Positions 8,835 to 18,382 are shown, numbered from the stretch's first letter. The stretch: DNA of 41,805 nt from Candidatus Sumerlaeaceae bacterium (GCA_049968255.1 JBMFRB010000013.1:1-41805), one strand, 5' to 3'. Notes: generated by a model not told the origin, from the sequence alone. Program-made: numbers and translations.

Positions 8835-10643
8835 ATGTATTCACGAATGAGCGCGGGGGGCGCACTTTTTCTCGCATTCGTCACGCTAGTCAGCGCGCAA
8901 ACCCCAGATTCACCCTACCTTTATGGGATTCACTGGTATGGCAACACCGACAGTATTTCCCCCGGCCAACTAACCGACGTCGAAAATATGACAGGGGGCA
9001 AAGGCATTTGGGTGCTCGATATCGCTCTGACCGACGAAGCCACAGCAAACCCCTGGGATCTCGTGTGGACTCCTGGAAATAAAACGCTACCAGGCTACCG
9101 CGCGGGTCACGCGGAGAAGGTTGTTTACAGCAAGGGACATTCGCTCATTTACCGTCTGCAGCCGGGTTGGGGAAGAAACGTCCCGCATTCGTCTGATCCT
9201 TACTCATTGTCAAATTTTTCCCAAGATTGCAAGGCCGCGGCTAGTCTTCTCGCAAACTGGTGCCACGTGTGGGTAATCGGAAATGAGGTAAATCTCACCG
9301 ATGAAAATCATCGCTGGTCCGGTTCTGCCTACAATCTCACCTGGCAGCCGACGCCTGCGGATTATGCCGCCGCCTACGTAGCCTCCCGCGACAAAATCCA
9401 TGAGGTTGTTCCAAACACCGCGCCCGCTACGCAGGTCGTGCTCATGCAACCGCCAAGCCCCGGAATTGCCGATGGATCTGCGCGTTTCATGGATTCGAAC
9501 GAGTTCTTACTTCGTCAGATCGACGCTGTGAGCGATAAGTCCAAGATTGATGGCTTTTGTCTTCACGCTTACGCAGGCGGGGGCGATGAACTCCGCGAGG
9601 ATTTCTTCGATTCCTTGCGCGAACAGCTCATGGTGATTGACCAGTCCGGTTTGGGAAATCGCCCTGTTTTCATCGGCGAATGGAATCATTACATGCCCAA
9701 TGCGGCTGAAACCCAAAATGGGGCCCGCTTTCTCCACACTGCGCTCGCGGCTCTCCACCTTTGGAACACAGGCAGCGGCGATGAGTGGCCTGGACTTTCG
9801 AACCATAACATCGTCGCCGCCGCATGGTTCGTCTATCCTGCTGGTTTTGGCTGGGATGATTATTCGCTTCAGGCGAAGAAATCTGGCGGCCTTCCTGACA
9901 CAGACCCGTGGAAGGCATTTCAGTACGCCTGCGGTTTCGCGTATCCGCGCGGAGCTGTTGGTGGTGGGCCAACAGTCCCGCCTTCTACACTCTGGTGGCA
10001 GGATGATTTTTCTGGCTCAACGCTCGATACCGTGCCTCCACTGCCTGATTGGAAAGCAGAAGCGGTCAACGGCGGAAGTGTTGCGCTCAATGGAAGTGGG
10101 CAGCTTCGTCTATTCGGAAACACGTCCTATGCCGGTGGGAGCGTGCGTACAAAGGGGTATGTTTACGCCGACTTTGCGCTCGAGACCGATGTTCAATTTG
10201 TTAATGCTGCTCGCATTGCCAATGACGAGGCAAACTTTGATCTGCGTTGGCGCGAGGGGGCGCTGGGATATTCGCTGACGTTTTATTCATCCAACTCCAC
10301 CGTGCGTCCCGGCTCTGTCTATTTGCGCCGCACAAATCAATGGGGCGAAACCCTTGCTTCAGCTGCGATTCCTGGCGGAATTTCCTCCGGCGACATTTTC
10401 AGAATCTTTGTTCGCTCTTCTGGCCCCACGCATGAAATGAAAGTATGGCGCCTTCCCGCGCAAACGCTCGTCCTTGATTGGTCGGGCCCAAACTCCATCT
10501 CGGATAGCGGTCAAAGAGTTGGTGGAATTCGGCTCATGACCTACAACCTGCGCGAAGTGCAGGTGGATCGCTTTGCAGTTGGCGGCCCGAACTGGAGTGG
10601 CACCGCTTCGCGCGTCGGCGAATGGGCTACTTACCTCGACTAG
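8835..10643 (+). CDS. Secreted clan GH-A-like glycoside hydrolase with a C-terminal beta-sandwich (lectin/DUF1080-like) domain
   Basis: Signal peptide. WVIGNEVN (acid/base-like), DGFCLHAY and PVFIGEWN (nucleophile-like). WWQDDFSG opens a beta-rich domain. Start set at ATG 8835 after a purine-rich RBS. Confidence 0.7.
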   Translation: MYSRMSAGGALFLAFVTLVSAQTPDSPYLYGIHWYGNTDSISPGQLTDVENMTGGKGIWVLDIALTDEATANPWDLVWTPGNKTLPGYRAGHAEKVVYSKGHSLIYRLQPGWGRNVPHSSDPYSLSNFSQDCKAAASLLANWCHVWVIGNEVNLTDENHRWSGSAYNLTWQPTPADYAAAYVASRDKIHEVVPNTAPATQVVLMQPPSPGIADGSARFMDSNEFLLRQIDAVSDKSKIDGFCLHAYAGGGDELREDFFDSLREQLMVIDQSGLGNRPVFIGEWNHYMPNAAETQNGARFLHTALAALHLWNTGSGDEWPGLSNHNIVAAAWFVYPAGFGWDDYSLQAKKSGGLPDTDPWKAFQYACGFAYPRGAVGGGPTVPPSTLWWQDDFSGSTLDTVPPLPDWKAEAVNGGSVALNGSGQLRLFGNTSYAGGSVRTKGYVYADFALETDVQFVNAARIANDEANFDLRWREGALGYSLTFYSSNSTVRPGSVYLRRTNQWGETLASAAIPGGISSGDIFRIFVRSSGPTHEMKVWRLPAQTLVLDWSGPNSISDSGQRVGGIRLMTYNLREVQVDRFAVGGPNWSGTASRVGEWATYLD

Positions 10644-10719
10644 TTTTTTGCTCCTGTCCACCATGCGAGAATTTGGGTTGCCCGAAGGGGTGCACGCGCA
10701 TTCTCATGTGTTCTGAATC

Positions 10720-11583
10720 ATGCATCCCATCATTCTTCGCATCGGATCCTTTGCGATTCCGACGTACGGTGTTCTTGTTGCGTGCGGAATCCTAGCGGGC
10801 ACGTGGCTGGCATCGCGCCTGGCACGCCGTGTGAATCTGAGCCTGGACTTTGTCCTCGACGCGGTCTTTTGGTGCGTGGTGGCCGGTCTGGGCGGTGCTC
10901 GTTTAACTTACGTCGCCCTCGAGTGGCGCAGCTTCGTTGCCGATCCACTTGCTACCCTTTTCGCGAGCGGTGGTCAGGTTTTCTTGGGAGGTTTTCTGAC
11001 CGCCATCGTTGCGCTCGTGTGGGTGGCCAGGCGCTATCGTGTTCGACTTCCCCTTGCTGCGGATGTTCTGGCCCCCGCTCTGGCGCTTGGCCATGCCTTT
11101 GGCCGCGTCGGCTGTTACTTCGCAGGATGCTGCTACGGAGCTCCCACCGAAGGCTCGTGGGGAGTGCGATTTCCTCAGCTTCTCGATGAGCAAGGCCGGA
11201 TCGTCGGCTCCTTTGCCTACCTCGATCACTTAGCCCAGGGGCTTATAGCGCCAACGGATACGTGTTCTCTGCCAGTTTACCCGGTCCAGCTTTTCGAAGC
11301 TCTCGGCAACCTCGTTCTCTGCGGCGCGTTGCTGTTATTGTGGCGACGTCGCCGCTTCGAGGGCCATGTGGCGCTAGCATACGTTTTCGCTTACAGTTTC
11401 ATGCGCTTTGTGCTCGAATTCCTTCGCGGCGATGCCATCCGTGGGATTCTTTTTGGCCTCTCAACTTCGCAGTGGCTTTCTCTCTTTGTTGCGATAGCCG
11501 CTATTTTCGTTTGGCGACGGCTAAATCGAGCTTCGGTTGCGACGGGAAATTCCCTTTGCAATTTTCCGCCTCCGGGGCCATAA
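10720..11583 (+). CDS. lgt: Prolipoprotein diacylglyceryl transferase
   Basis: MHPIL..YG, GGARLTYV, FLGG, GRVGCYFAGCCYG, PVQLFE, RFVLEFLRGD, SQWLS. Confidence 0.95.
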   Translation: MHPIILRIGSFAIPTYGVLVACGILAGTWLASRLARRVNLSLDFVLDAVFWCVVAGLGGARLTYVALEWRSFVADPLATLFASGGQVFLGGFLTAIVALVWVARRYRVRLPLAADVLAPALALGHAFGRVGCYFAGCCYGAPTEGSWGVRFPQLLDEQGRIVGSFAYLDHLAQGLIAPTDTCSLPVYPVQLFEALGNLVLCGALLLLWRRRRFEGHVALAYVFAYSFMRFVLEFLRGDAIRGILFGLSTSQWLSLFVAIAAIFVWRRLNRASVATGNSLCNFPPPGP

Positions 11584-11655
11584 GCACTAGCGGAATCTCA
11601 AAGTAAGCAGCGGATGTGTTGCCTGTGCCCCATGTCGTGCAGAACGGAGGAGTAG

Positions 11656-12114
11656 GTGAGCGCTGTACTCAATGAGTTGCCAGCTTGGCTTACGTGGATC
11701 ATCCTGGGTGTCATTCTCATCGTCGCGGAAGGTGTTGTCCCCTCTTTCTTCATCATCTTCTTTGGCATTGCCGGCGTACTTGTGGGGCTTTTGCTCCTGC
11801 TGGCGAACCCTTCAGTTTATGCACAAGTTATCGTCTGGCTGGTTCTAAGCGTCGTCTTGTTGCTGTTGTTCAGGCGGAGATTTTCGCCCCAGGCAGGTGT
11901 TGTCCCTGTAGGAACCTCCACAGGTGACGTTGTTGGGCAAATCGGAATCTTAATTGCACCTGTTGAGCCGAGCACAAGGGGTAAAGTGCGTTTTACCAAA
12001 CCGGTCCTTGGGAGCGAGGAGTGGCCGTGTGTGGCTGATGAACCGATTGGGGAAGGCGTGCGCGTGCAGGTCGTTGCGGTGGAAGGCCAAATTGTGAAAG
12101 TCACAAAATGCTAA
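11656..12114 (+). CDS. NfeD-like (YbbJ-type) membrane protein
   Basis: Three N-terminal TMs plus a C-terminal OB-fold (VGQIG..GKVR..W..V.V.AVEG..V.V). GGAGGAG RBS, directly upstream of an SPFH gene. Confidence 0.88.
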   Translation: MSAVLNELPAWLTWIILGVILIVAEGVVPSFFIIFFGIAGVLVGLLLLLANPSVYAQVIVWLVLSVVLLLLFRRRFSPQAGVVPVGTSTGDVVGQIGILIAPVEPSTRGKVRFTKPVLGSEEWPCVADEPIGEGVRVQVVAVEGQIVKVTKC

Positions 12115-12147
12115 TATGTTACTCAAATAAGTGAGGAGGAGCAGCTC

Positions 12148-13002
12148 ATGGATGCCTTTGTGATTTTTCTTATCGTGCTAGCAATTTTCGTTATTGTTAT
12201 CTTCGCAAAGACAGTTCGAGTCGTGCCGCAGGGCGAGGAGTGGCTTGTCGAACGTCTGGGTAAATTCCGGGCAAAACTCGATCCAGGTCTCAATTTTGTC
12301 GTCCCGTTCTTGGACAGAATTGCTTATCAACTTGTGACGAAGGACCTTATCCTCGACATCGAGGAACAGGAAGTGATCACGCGAGACAACGCTGTGATCT
12401 TGACCAATGCTGTGGCATTTGTGCGCGTCACTGACCCTGTGAAGGCGGCTTACGGCGTGACGAACTTTGCCCAAGCCATCCGCAACCTTATCATGACAAC
12501 TCTGCGTTCAATAATTGGTGAAATGGAGCTCGACGAAGCCCTCTCTTCGCGCGACCGCATCAAAGCGCGTTTGCGCGAAGCGATCGTCGACGAAGCTGCC
12601 GATTGGGGGATCACGGTCAAGTCCGTTGAAATTCAAGACATTCGCCCTTCGCCCTCGATGCAGAAAGCGATGGAGCAGCAGGCGGCCGCCGAACGCGAGC
12701 GCAAAGCCATGGTGACGCGTGCAGAGGGCGAAAAGCAGTCTGCCATCCTTCAAGCGGAAGCGCGCCTCGAGGCCGCACGGCGCGATGCGGAAGCCCGTGT
12801 GACCCTTGCCAAAGCTTCAGCGGAGTCTATCCGCCAAGTGGCTCAGAGCATCGGCGAGAACCCTTCGGCGATGTGGTACCTCTTAGGTGAGCGCTACGTC
12901 ACGGCGCTCGATCGCCTCGCCCACAGTCCGAACGGGAAAGTTTTTGTCCTGCCCGCGGACCTGCAGGCAGCTGTCAAAGGCCTGTTTGACAAGAAAAACT
13001 GA
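12148..13002 (+). CDS. SPFH/band 7 (QmcA/stomatin-like) protein
   Basis: VERLGKF..PGLNFVVPFLDRI, VITRDN, TTLRSIIGEMELD, AERERKA..AEGEKQSAIL. Confidence 0.95.
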   Translation: MDAFVIFLIVLAIFVIVIFAKTVRVVPQGEEWLVERLGKFRAKLDPGLNFVVPFLDRIAYQLVTKDLILDIEEQEVITRDNAVILTNAVAFVRVTDPVKAAYGVTNFAQAIRNLIMTTLRSIIGEMELDEALSSRDRIKARLREAIVDEAADWGITVKSVEIQDIRPSPSMQKAMEQQAAAERERKAMVTRAEGEKQSAILQAEARLEAARRDAEARVTLAKASAESIRQVAQSIGENPSAMWYLLGERYVTALDRLAHSPNGKVFVLPADLQAAVKGLFDKKN

Positions 13003-13074
13003 CACCCTCCACACGCTGAGACAACTTGGTGGCTTCCCGGCTGCCTGTGAGATGAGGGGGGATGGTGCAGAAGC

Positions 13075-14163
13075 TTAGGGTCGCAAATGTTTTTCGATCG
13101 CCGAGATGACCTGTTGCGTGGGCATCCGTCCTTCATGTTTGAACAAAATGTTCCCAGCTCGATCGATGAGCAGAACAGTGGGCACATGCGTTATTTCTGC
13201 GCTGAACCTACCTTCGAGGCTACCTTGCTCAATCGCCACGAGCTTGACCGGCTGTTTGCGGATTTCATCGGATTCTAGGCCACCGCGGATAAATGCCTGG
13301 CACTCTTCGCACCAGGGATCGAACACAAGCAGTAAGACGGGCGCATCGTTGCGAATGTACCGCTGCACGGATTCAGCTGAGGCTACCACCGTCCAGCCAT
13401 GTTTGACCAACAATTTGATTTCATTCGTGACCGGGACGCCGTCCTCCACAGACCCCACATTGCTTGGTGGTCCAGGGCGGCCTTTGGTTGGCGACGGTTG
13501 CGGACTCTGTGTGGCGGCAGGTGGAGCTGTCACGCGCGTAGGCAGCGGTGCAACCGTAGGTTTTGGCTTCGGCGTAGGCTGAGCAGCGGTTTCTTTGCTT
13601 AGCTCTTTGCGCGCAGCCTGTTGTTCGCGCTCAAAGATCACAAATCCAAACACAGTGGCGACAATCACAAATACGAGGATGGCGGCCGCGAGATATCCCA
13701 ACCGTTTTGGCCAGCTTAGGCGTGGCAACGGTGGCGAGGCGAGCGGATAAACCAGGAAAGCTTCTAGAAACGTTGCGAGGGCAACAGCCCAGCACCAAGG
13801 GCAGAGCCCCTTTAGCCAGACGATTTCTACCGCACGGAGCCATGATATGAATGCTAACCCGGCGACACATAGCCACACTTTTAAGCTATGGACCCAGCCC
13901 CGCGAACGCTCAGCTGCTGCTGTGAGAAACGCTTGTGCGAGAAAGTAGAGTGCACCAAGAACGGAAATAGGAACGGGACCAATTTTGCTCCACTCGCCGC
14001 GCAAAACCGAAGCACAGTGAAAGAGTTTGCCGCGCGGACATGGTACGGTGTCTGGGTAGATAATCCGGAACGAAATCAAAACGAGATACACGGAGATGGC
14101 AAAGCCTGCGAGCTCGACCACAAACGCTAGCCAACGCAACCACTTCACATTTTTACGCGCCAT
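13075..14163 (-). CDS. VKOR-family disulfide-bond protein fused to a thioredoxin-like domain
   Basis: VKOR loop cysteines (VPCP..FHCASVL..WS), CPWC redox motif, about 5 TMs, Pro/Thr linker, Trx domain with WCEEC and cis-Pro HVPT. Confidence 0.88.
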   Translation of the reverse strand: MARKNVKWLRWLAFVVELAGFAISVYLVLISFRIIYPDTVPCPRGKLFHCASVLRGEWSKIGPVPISVLGALYFLAQAFLTAAAERSRGWVHSLKVWLCVAGLAFISWLRAVEIVWLKGLCPWCWAVALATFLEAFLVYPLASPPLPRLSWPKRLGYLAAAILVFVIVATVFGFVIFEREQQAARKELSKETAAQPTPKPKPTVAPLPTRVTAPPAATQSPQPSPTKGRPGPPSNVGSVEDGVPVTNEIKLLVKHGWTVVASAESVQRYIRNDAPVLLLVFDPWCEECQAFIRGGLESDEIRKQPVKLVAIEQGSLEGRFSAEITHVPTVLLIDRAGNILFKHEGRMPTQQVISAIEKHLRP

Positions 14164-14256
14164 ATCTTTACTGGTGCCCTTTTGGTCCTCTGCGGGTCAA
14201 GGTTGTTAGATTGCTGTTTGTGAGCTCCTTATCGCGTTTGTGCTCACTGATCGTTT

Positions 14257-15486
14257 TCACTGAGGCGGCGAGGTGTGCTTGTCTTCGTCAGGGATCTCGC
14301 CCCAAAGAGCGGTAATGGGACCGATCGTTGTCTGCCTGTCATCGCGGCTCGGAATGAACGCGAAACCAAAAACATGCGCATGGCTTCTAGGCGGGGGATC
14401 TAGGCGAAAAGTGAACTCGTTGCGCTGTCCGAGAATGGGTGCCTGCTGAACGAGCACGTCATTTGCCGGATCAAACCAGAACCGATAGAGATTGACTGGT
14501 TCTAGCGGGAGCTCCACTCTCCACACTAAGATTTCCTGCGACGAAGGAATTGCCAATCGCATTGTGGAGCGCTGCAGTTCGATGGACGCAAGAACGTTGT
14601 CTTGCCGCCGCGGACGCATCAGCTGAACTGGCCTATAAGCCGATAATTTCATGAGCGAGCATAAGCCACGCCGCCAGCGTGTTTCCGCGCTATTGCACGG
14701 AGTATCGTACCGGATCCCGGCTGCACCTGTCGACAACCAAAAAAGCTCCGGGTAAAATCTAGCTTGGCGCACGCGAATCAGGATTGGGCAATCGCCTGCA
14801 AACGAACGTGCAAAACTCAGTGCTGCCTGATCCCGATAAGGAAGGGGAAAACTTTCTGGATCGAAGACGACATAGTCGAGAGCGCAAAGGCCGTTTTCAA
14901 AGGGGGGCATTGCGTCTTTTCCCACAAGGCATGGTGTGCCCGCTGCTCGCAAAGATTGACGGAAAAGCATAGCGGTTTCGGTCGGGACCTCGCTTGCAAA
15001 CGTGAACAGGGGGGCGTTGTGCTTTCGAAGCACCGGTGCTAGCGCATCCGCAAGCATTATCGCCGCCTGGCATTGCGTCGGTGCGAGAGCTTGCAGCGCT
15101 TTCCCCTCAATGCGTAATTCCACCGGCTGGTCATAAGGGCCACCGGAACCCAAAACATTGGCCAGCTCCGTGGCGTACGGGCTGGAAGAAAACCCATCGG
15201 CAGAGGCCAGAGACTCGGCGACGCGCGCTGTGTCGAATGTTCGAGTGACACCGTTGCTGCGCACTCTGCCGAGAGCGGCTTCTAAGGATTTGCGTGCGCG
15301 CGGAGACAGCTTCTTCAATTGCTCGGTATCTCCCCAACCAAAGAGGAAAAGCTCAGGATCGTTGTGCCAACGAAACAATCGTGAATCCAAAGTCGAGCGA
15401 TCGCAACGCAATGGAGCTCCGGAGAGTGTGGCCCAGAGCAGCGACCACCCCACAAAGCATACCCCTGCAACGAGTCGCCGCAGCAT
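14257..15486 (-). CDS. Secreted hypothetical protein, weak resemblance to DUF4038/GH140-type architecture
   Basis: Signal peptide. Long ORF abutting the upstream stop codon. Segments LFLFGWGDT, WLSTGAAGIRY and RFWFDP. Confidence 0.6.
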   Translation of the reverse strand: MLRRLVAGVCFVGWSLLWATLSGAPLRCDRSTLDSRLFRWHNDPELFLFGWGDTEQLKKLSPRARKSLEAALGRVRSNGVTRTFDTARVAESLASADGFSSSPYATELANVLGSGGPYDQPVELRIEGKALQALAPTQCQAAIMLADALAPVLRKHNAPLFTFASEVPTETAMLFRQSLRAAGTPCLVGKDAMPPFENGLCALDYVVFDPESFPLPYRDQAALSFARSFAGDCPILIRVRQARFYPELFWLSTGAAGIRYDTPCNSAETRWRRGLCSLMKLSAYRPVQLMRPRRQDNVLASIELQRSTMRLAIPSSQEILVWRVELPLEPVNLYRFWFDPANDVLVQQAPILGQRNEFTFRLDPPPRSHAHVFGFAFIPSRDDRQTTIGPITALWGEIPDEDKHTSPPQ

Positions 15487-16236
15487 TTATTGGCCTTTCT
15501 TTCTGGCGATGATAATGGCACGGGGCGAGCCATCGTGCCACGGAGCCCCATCGTAATCGCCATATATGTGAAGGTTGCCAAGGCCGAAAGTTTTGACGGC
15601 CGCTTCGAGCTCGTGAGGCTCGTACAGACGCACGCTTTCCCGGAATTCTCGTTCTGTCCCATCAGGCAAATAGAGAATCGCAGTTTTTTCCACTCTTGGC
15701 GGATTTCCTGCGATTTGCCTAAACTCGCAGACGCGCCAGCCCTGCGGGGTACTTCGTTCGCTGAAGGGAACGAGATTCTTCCGAACATACGAGGCGTTCA
15801 TGAAATCCAGAACAAAATGGCCGCCTGCGCGCAGCACTCGCACCAATTCCTGAAGAACTTCCAAGTTCTCCCGCTCATCAGCAAAATAGCCGAAACTTGA
15901 AAAAATGTTGGCAACAACATCAAACGATTCTGAGCTGAGTGGTAGAGTGCGCAAATCTCCGCGCACCCAGGCGACCTGCTCGCTGGGCTGGGGAGTGACC
16001 TTAGCAGCAGCAAGCAAGGCGTGGCTCAGATCCAGACCAACGACCCGCATCCCATATCGAGCGAATGCATGACTGTGGCGCCCACCACCACACGGTGCAT
16101 CCAGAACACGGCTACGGGGCGGCAATTCAAGTTTGCATACCAACCATCTGACGAAAAGCTCCGCTTCTTCTTCACTACGGTGCGCGTAGAGCGTCAAATA
16201 GTATTCGTTAAAGGTCTCCGCAAACCAGTTGCTCAT
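15487..16236 (-). CDS. Class I SAM-dependent methyltransferase
   Basis: VLDAPCGGGRH, VVGLDLS, GDLR.LP, FDVV.NIFSSFGYF, LRAGGHFVLD. Confidence 0.93.
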   Translation of the reverse strand: MSNWFAETFNEYYLTLYAHRSEEEAELFVRWLVCKLELPPRSRVLDAPCGGGRHSHAFARYGMRVVGLDLSHALLAAAKVTPQPSEQVAWVRGDLRTLPLSSESFDVVANIFSSFGYFADERENLEVLQELVRVLRAGGHFVLDFMNASYVRKNLVPFSERSTPQGWRVCEFRQIAGNPPRVEKTAILYLPDGTEREFRESVRLYEPHELEAAVKTFGLGNLHIYGDYDGAPWHDGSPRAIIIARKKGQ

Positions 16237-17159
16237 CGCGGGCTGCTCTCTCCGAAGAGATCAAGTGGGGGCTTAGTTGTCTCCTCGCATGGGGTGTCAC
16301 CGGGCAGCGAGACAAGGAGCTGTTGCAAAAAGTCTTGAGAAGGTTCGAGTGGCACGGGGCACGCGCCGCTTGCCCGAAGAAGTTCGTACGCTCGGAAATG
16401 CTTGGCGTCTGGCGGAAGCTGGGCCACGAAGATAGGCCGACGCAGCCGGCGCAAATGTCCCACCGTATCGAGTGTGCCGCCACGCACACCTGTTTCGGCC
16501 ACAAGCGCGCCACGGCACATTGCAGCAACAAGCTGATTTCTCCCCAGAAAGTTCCATGCGGCAATTTCCGATCCCGGCACGTAACGGCTCGCTACGAGAC
16601 AGCGATCCCACGTTTCGTTCCAATGAAAGGCCGGTTCAAAGGCATCCAGGGAAGTGGGAGGAAAAACCATAGTAGCGCCCCCCGAAGTTAGGGCTTCTTC
16701 ATGGGCAATGGCGTCTGTCCCGCGCGCATTGCCACTGACGACAACCCATCGATGTTGGGCAAGCAATTTAGCATAGTTCCGGGCAGCTTTTCGTCCGAGA
16801 GCCGAGGGGCGCCGAGTGCCAATGATAGCAAATTGCGGTTGGCGAAAGAGCTCAAGGTTCCCTCGGCAGTATAGTAGGGGAGGAGCCAGCTCACCCAAGG
16901 CAGAAGCAAGACGCTGCGGATAGCAACGGCTACGAAGCGACAAAATCCAGCAGCCACCGTTTGCGAGCAACTTTTCTGCAAGCCTCCAACTGCGTCTGCT
17001 CGCCACGATGTTCATCACATTCCGCAGCCATGCGGGGAACTCTTCATCCGAAAAGTCACGGCAGGAACACAGCCAAGACCGAAGCGTGACATCTTTCAAG
17101 CGCATATGCGCTTCAATCCACGTGGCAAGCTGCTCCAGCTCTGTTATAGGCGCGGTCAT
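16233..17159 (-). CDS. dprA: DNA-processing protein DprA/Smf
   Basis: YPQRL..PPLLYCRGN, AIIGTR, VVSGNARGTDAIAH, RNQLVA, VAETGVRGGTL. Confidence 0.88.
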   Translation of the reverse strand: MTAPITELEQLATWIEAHMRLKDVTLRSWLCSCRDFSDEEFPAWLRNVMNIVASRRSWRLAEKLLANGGCWILSLRSRCYPQRLASALGELAPPLLYCRGNLELFRQPQFAIIGTRRPSALGRKAARNYAKLLAQHRWVVVSGNARGTDAIAHEEALTSGGATMVFPPTSLDAFEPAFHWNETWDRCLVASRYVPGSEIAAWNFLGRNQLVAAMCRGALVAETGVRGGTLDTVGHLRRLRRPIFVAQLPPDAKHFRAYELLRASGACPVPLEPSQDFLQQLLVSLPGDTPCEETTKPPLDLFGESSPR

Positions 17160-17167
17160 TCTACCAT

Positions 17168-18037
17168 GTGGATTTCACCTTTGAGGCGGGAAAATTCCGA
17201 TGCGTGACTTTTCCATTGTCTCGCCGACCGCAAGTTTTCAGCATCGTGCCCGTGATAACTCGTTCGCGAATAAGGCAGCTCGACGAATATACGTTGGTCA
17301 TTGATCGAATCGCGCCAGGACCTGGGGTGATCATCCATCGGGTGGCCGGCCTTGGAAGCCGCTTTCTTGCCACAATTTACGACCTGTTCATTGAAAGCGT
17401 CCTGTTTGCGTGGCTTGCTAGCGCACTGTGGCAAGCCAACGTTAAAGTGCCGGCTATTGCATGGGCTGTTGGGTTTGTGCTGTGGGACGTCGTCTACCAT
17501 CTTGTGTTTGAGCTATTTGCCGGTGGGCAAACACCAGGGAAAAATGTCGTCGGAATCTTCGTCCTATCGTGGGACGGCACAACGCCGCGAACTTGGCAAA
17601 TCTTGACGCGTAACATCCTACGCCTGATCGATTTTCTCCCCTTTGTCTATTTTGCTGGGGGAATACGCGCTCTCTTGAGCTCGCCTTGCATGCGCTGGGG
17701 CGATCAACTTTCGCGTACCGTCGTCGCCGATCACGAATCCTATCCCCACCAACTGTTTCGCGTCCGTAGTGGGACAGCCGCCTTCAATACTTCACCGGAC
17801 GCTTATTTGCTGGAAAGCTACATTTTGCGGGCAGAGCATTTGGATCCCCAATTTGCGAAGATTTTCGCCGAAAAGCTTGCCCGTTATTTCATGGAGCGCT
17901 ACGAGCTTGGCGGCGAACGGGAGCTAGCAGAACTTTACGGGCGAGGCCGCTTCGACGAGTTTCTTCGTCTCTTATACTGGCGCGAGCGTTCCGCTGCTGC
18001 GGAAAGTTCTGTGCATGACGATGATAAGTTGGGATGA
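17168..18037 (+). CDS. RDD family membrane protein (true start probably GTG 17246 or 17252)
   Basis: AGLGSRFLATIYD, GQTPGK, RNILRLIDFLP, RWGD..T.V. Confidence 0.85.
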   Translation: MDFTFEAGKFRCVTFPLSRRPQVFSIVPVITRSRIRQLDEYTLVIDRIAPGPGVIIHRVAGLGSRFLATIYDLFIESVLFAWLASALWQANVKVPAIAWAVGFVLWDVVYHLVFELFAGGQTPGKNVVGIFVLSWDGTTPRTWQILTRNILRLIDFLPFVYFAGGIRALLSSPCMRWGDQLSRTVVADHESYPHQLFRVRSGTAAFNTSPDAYLLESYILRAEHLDPQFAKIFAEKLARYFMERYELGGERELAELYGRGRFDEFLRLLYWRERSAAAESSVHDDDKLG

Positions 18038-18086
18038 ATACGCCGCGCCGGAGTGCATAAGAATCAGCGCGGAGCTCGTGAGCGTT

Positions 18087-18164
18087 CGGGGCGTAGCGCA
18101 GCCTGGTTAGCGTGCCTGCCTTGGGAGCAGGAGGTCGGCGGTTCAAATCCGCCCGCCCCGACCA
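18087..18164 (+). tRNA. tRNA-Pro (TGG)
   Basis: Acceptor CGGGGCG/CGCCCCG + ACCA. Anticodon arm CCTGC-CTTGGGA-GCAGG. T-loop GGTTCAAATCC. Confidence 0.97.
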
Positions 18165-18382
18165 TTCGTCTCGTCAAACAATTTCTTCTCCGCGGGCGAC
18201 ACTCACAGCGCTGGCACTTTGCCCCGGCGTACTGCCCGACGCCCACGCCAAGGCGCACGTAGTCACGCTTTGGAATGCGTGATACGGCTAGCTAAGCCAT
18301 GCGACACGTCCGAATCTCCAACACGAAGCAATCGCACGGATCACACAGCGCTCGTCAGCGCGCGGAGAATACCCACCACGAG

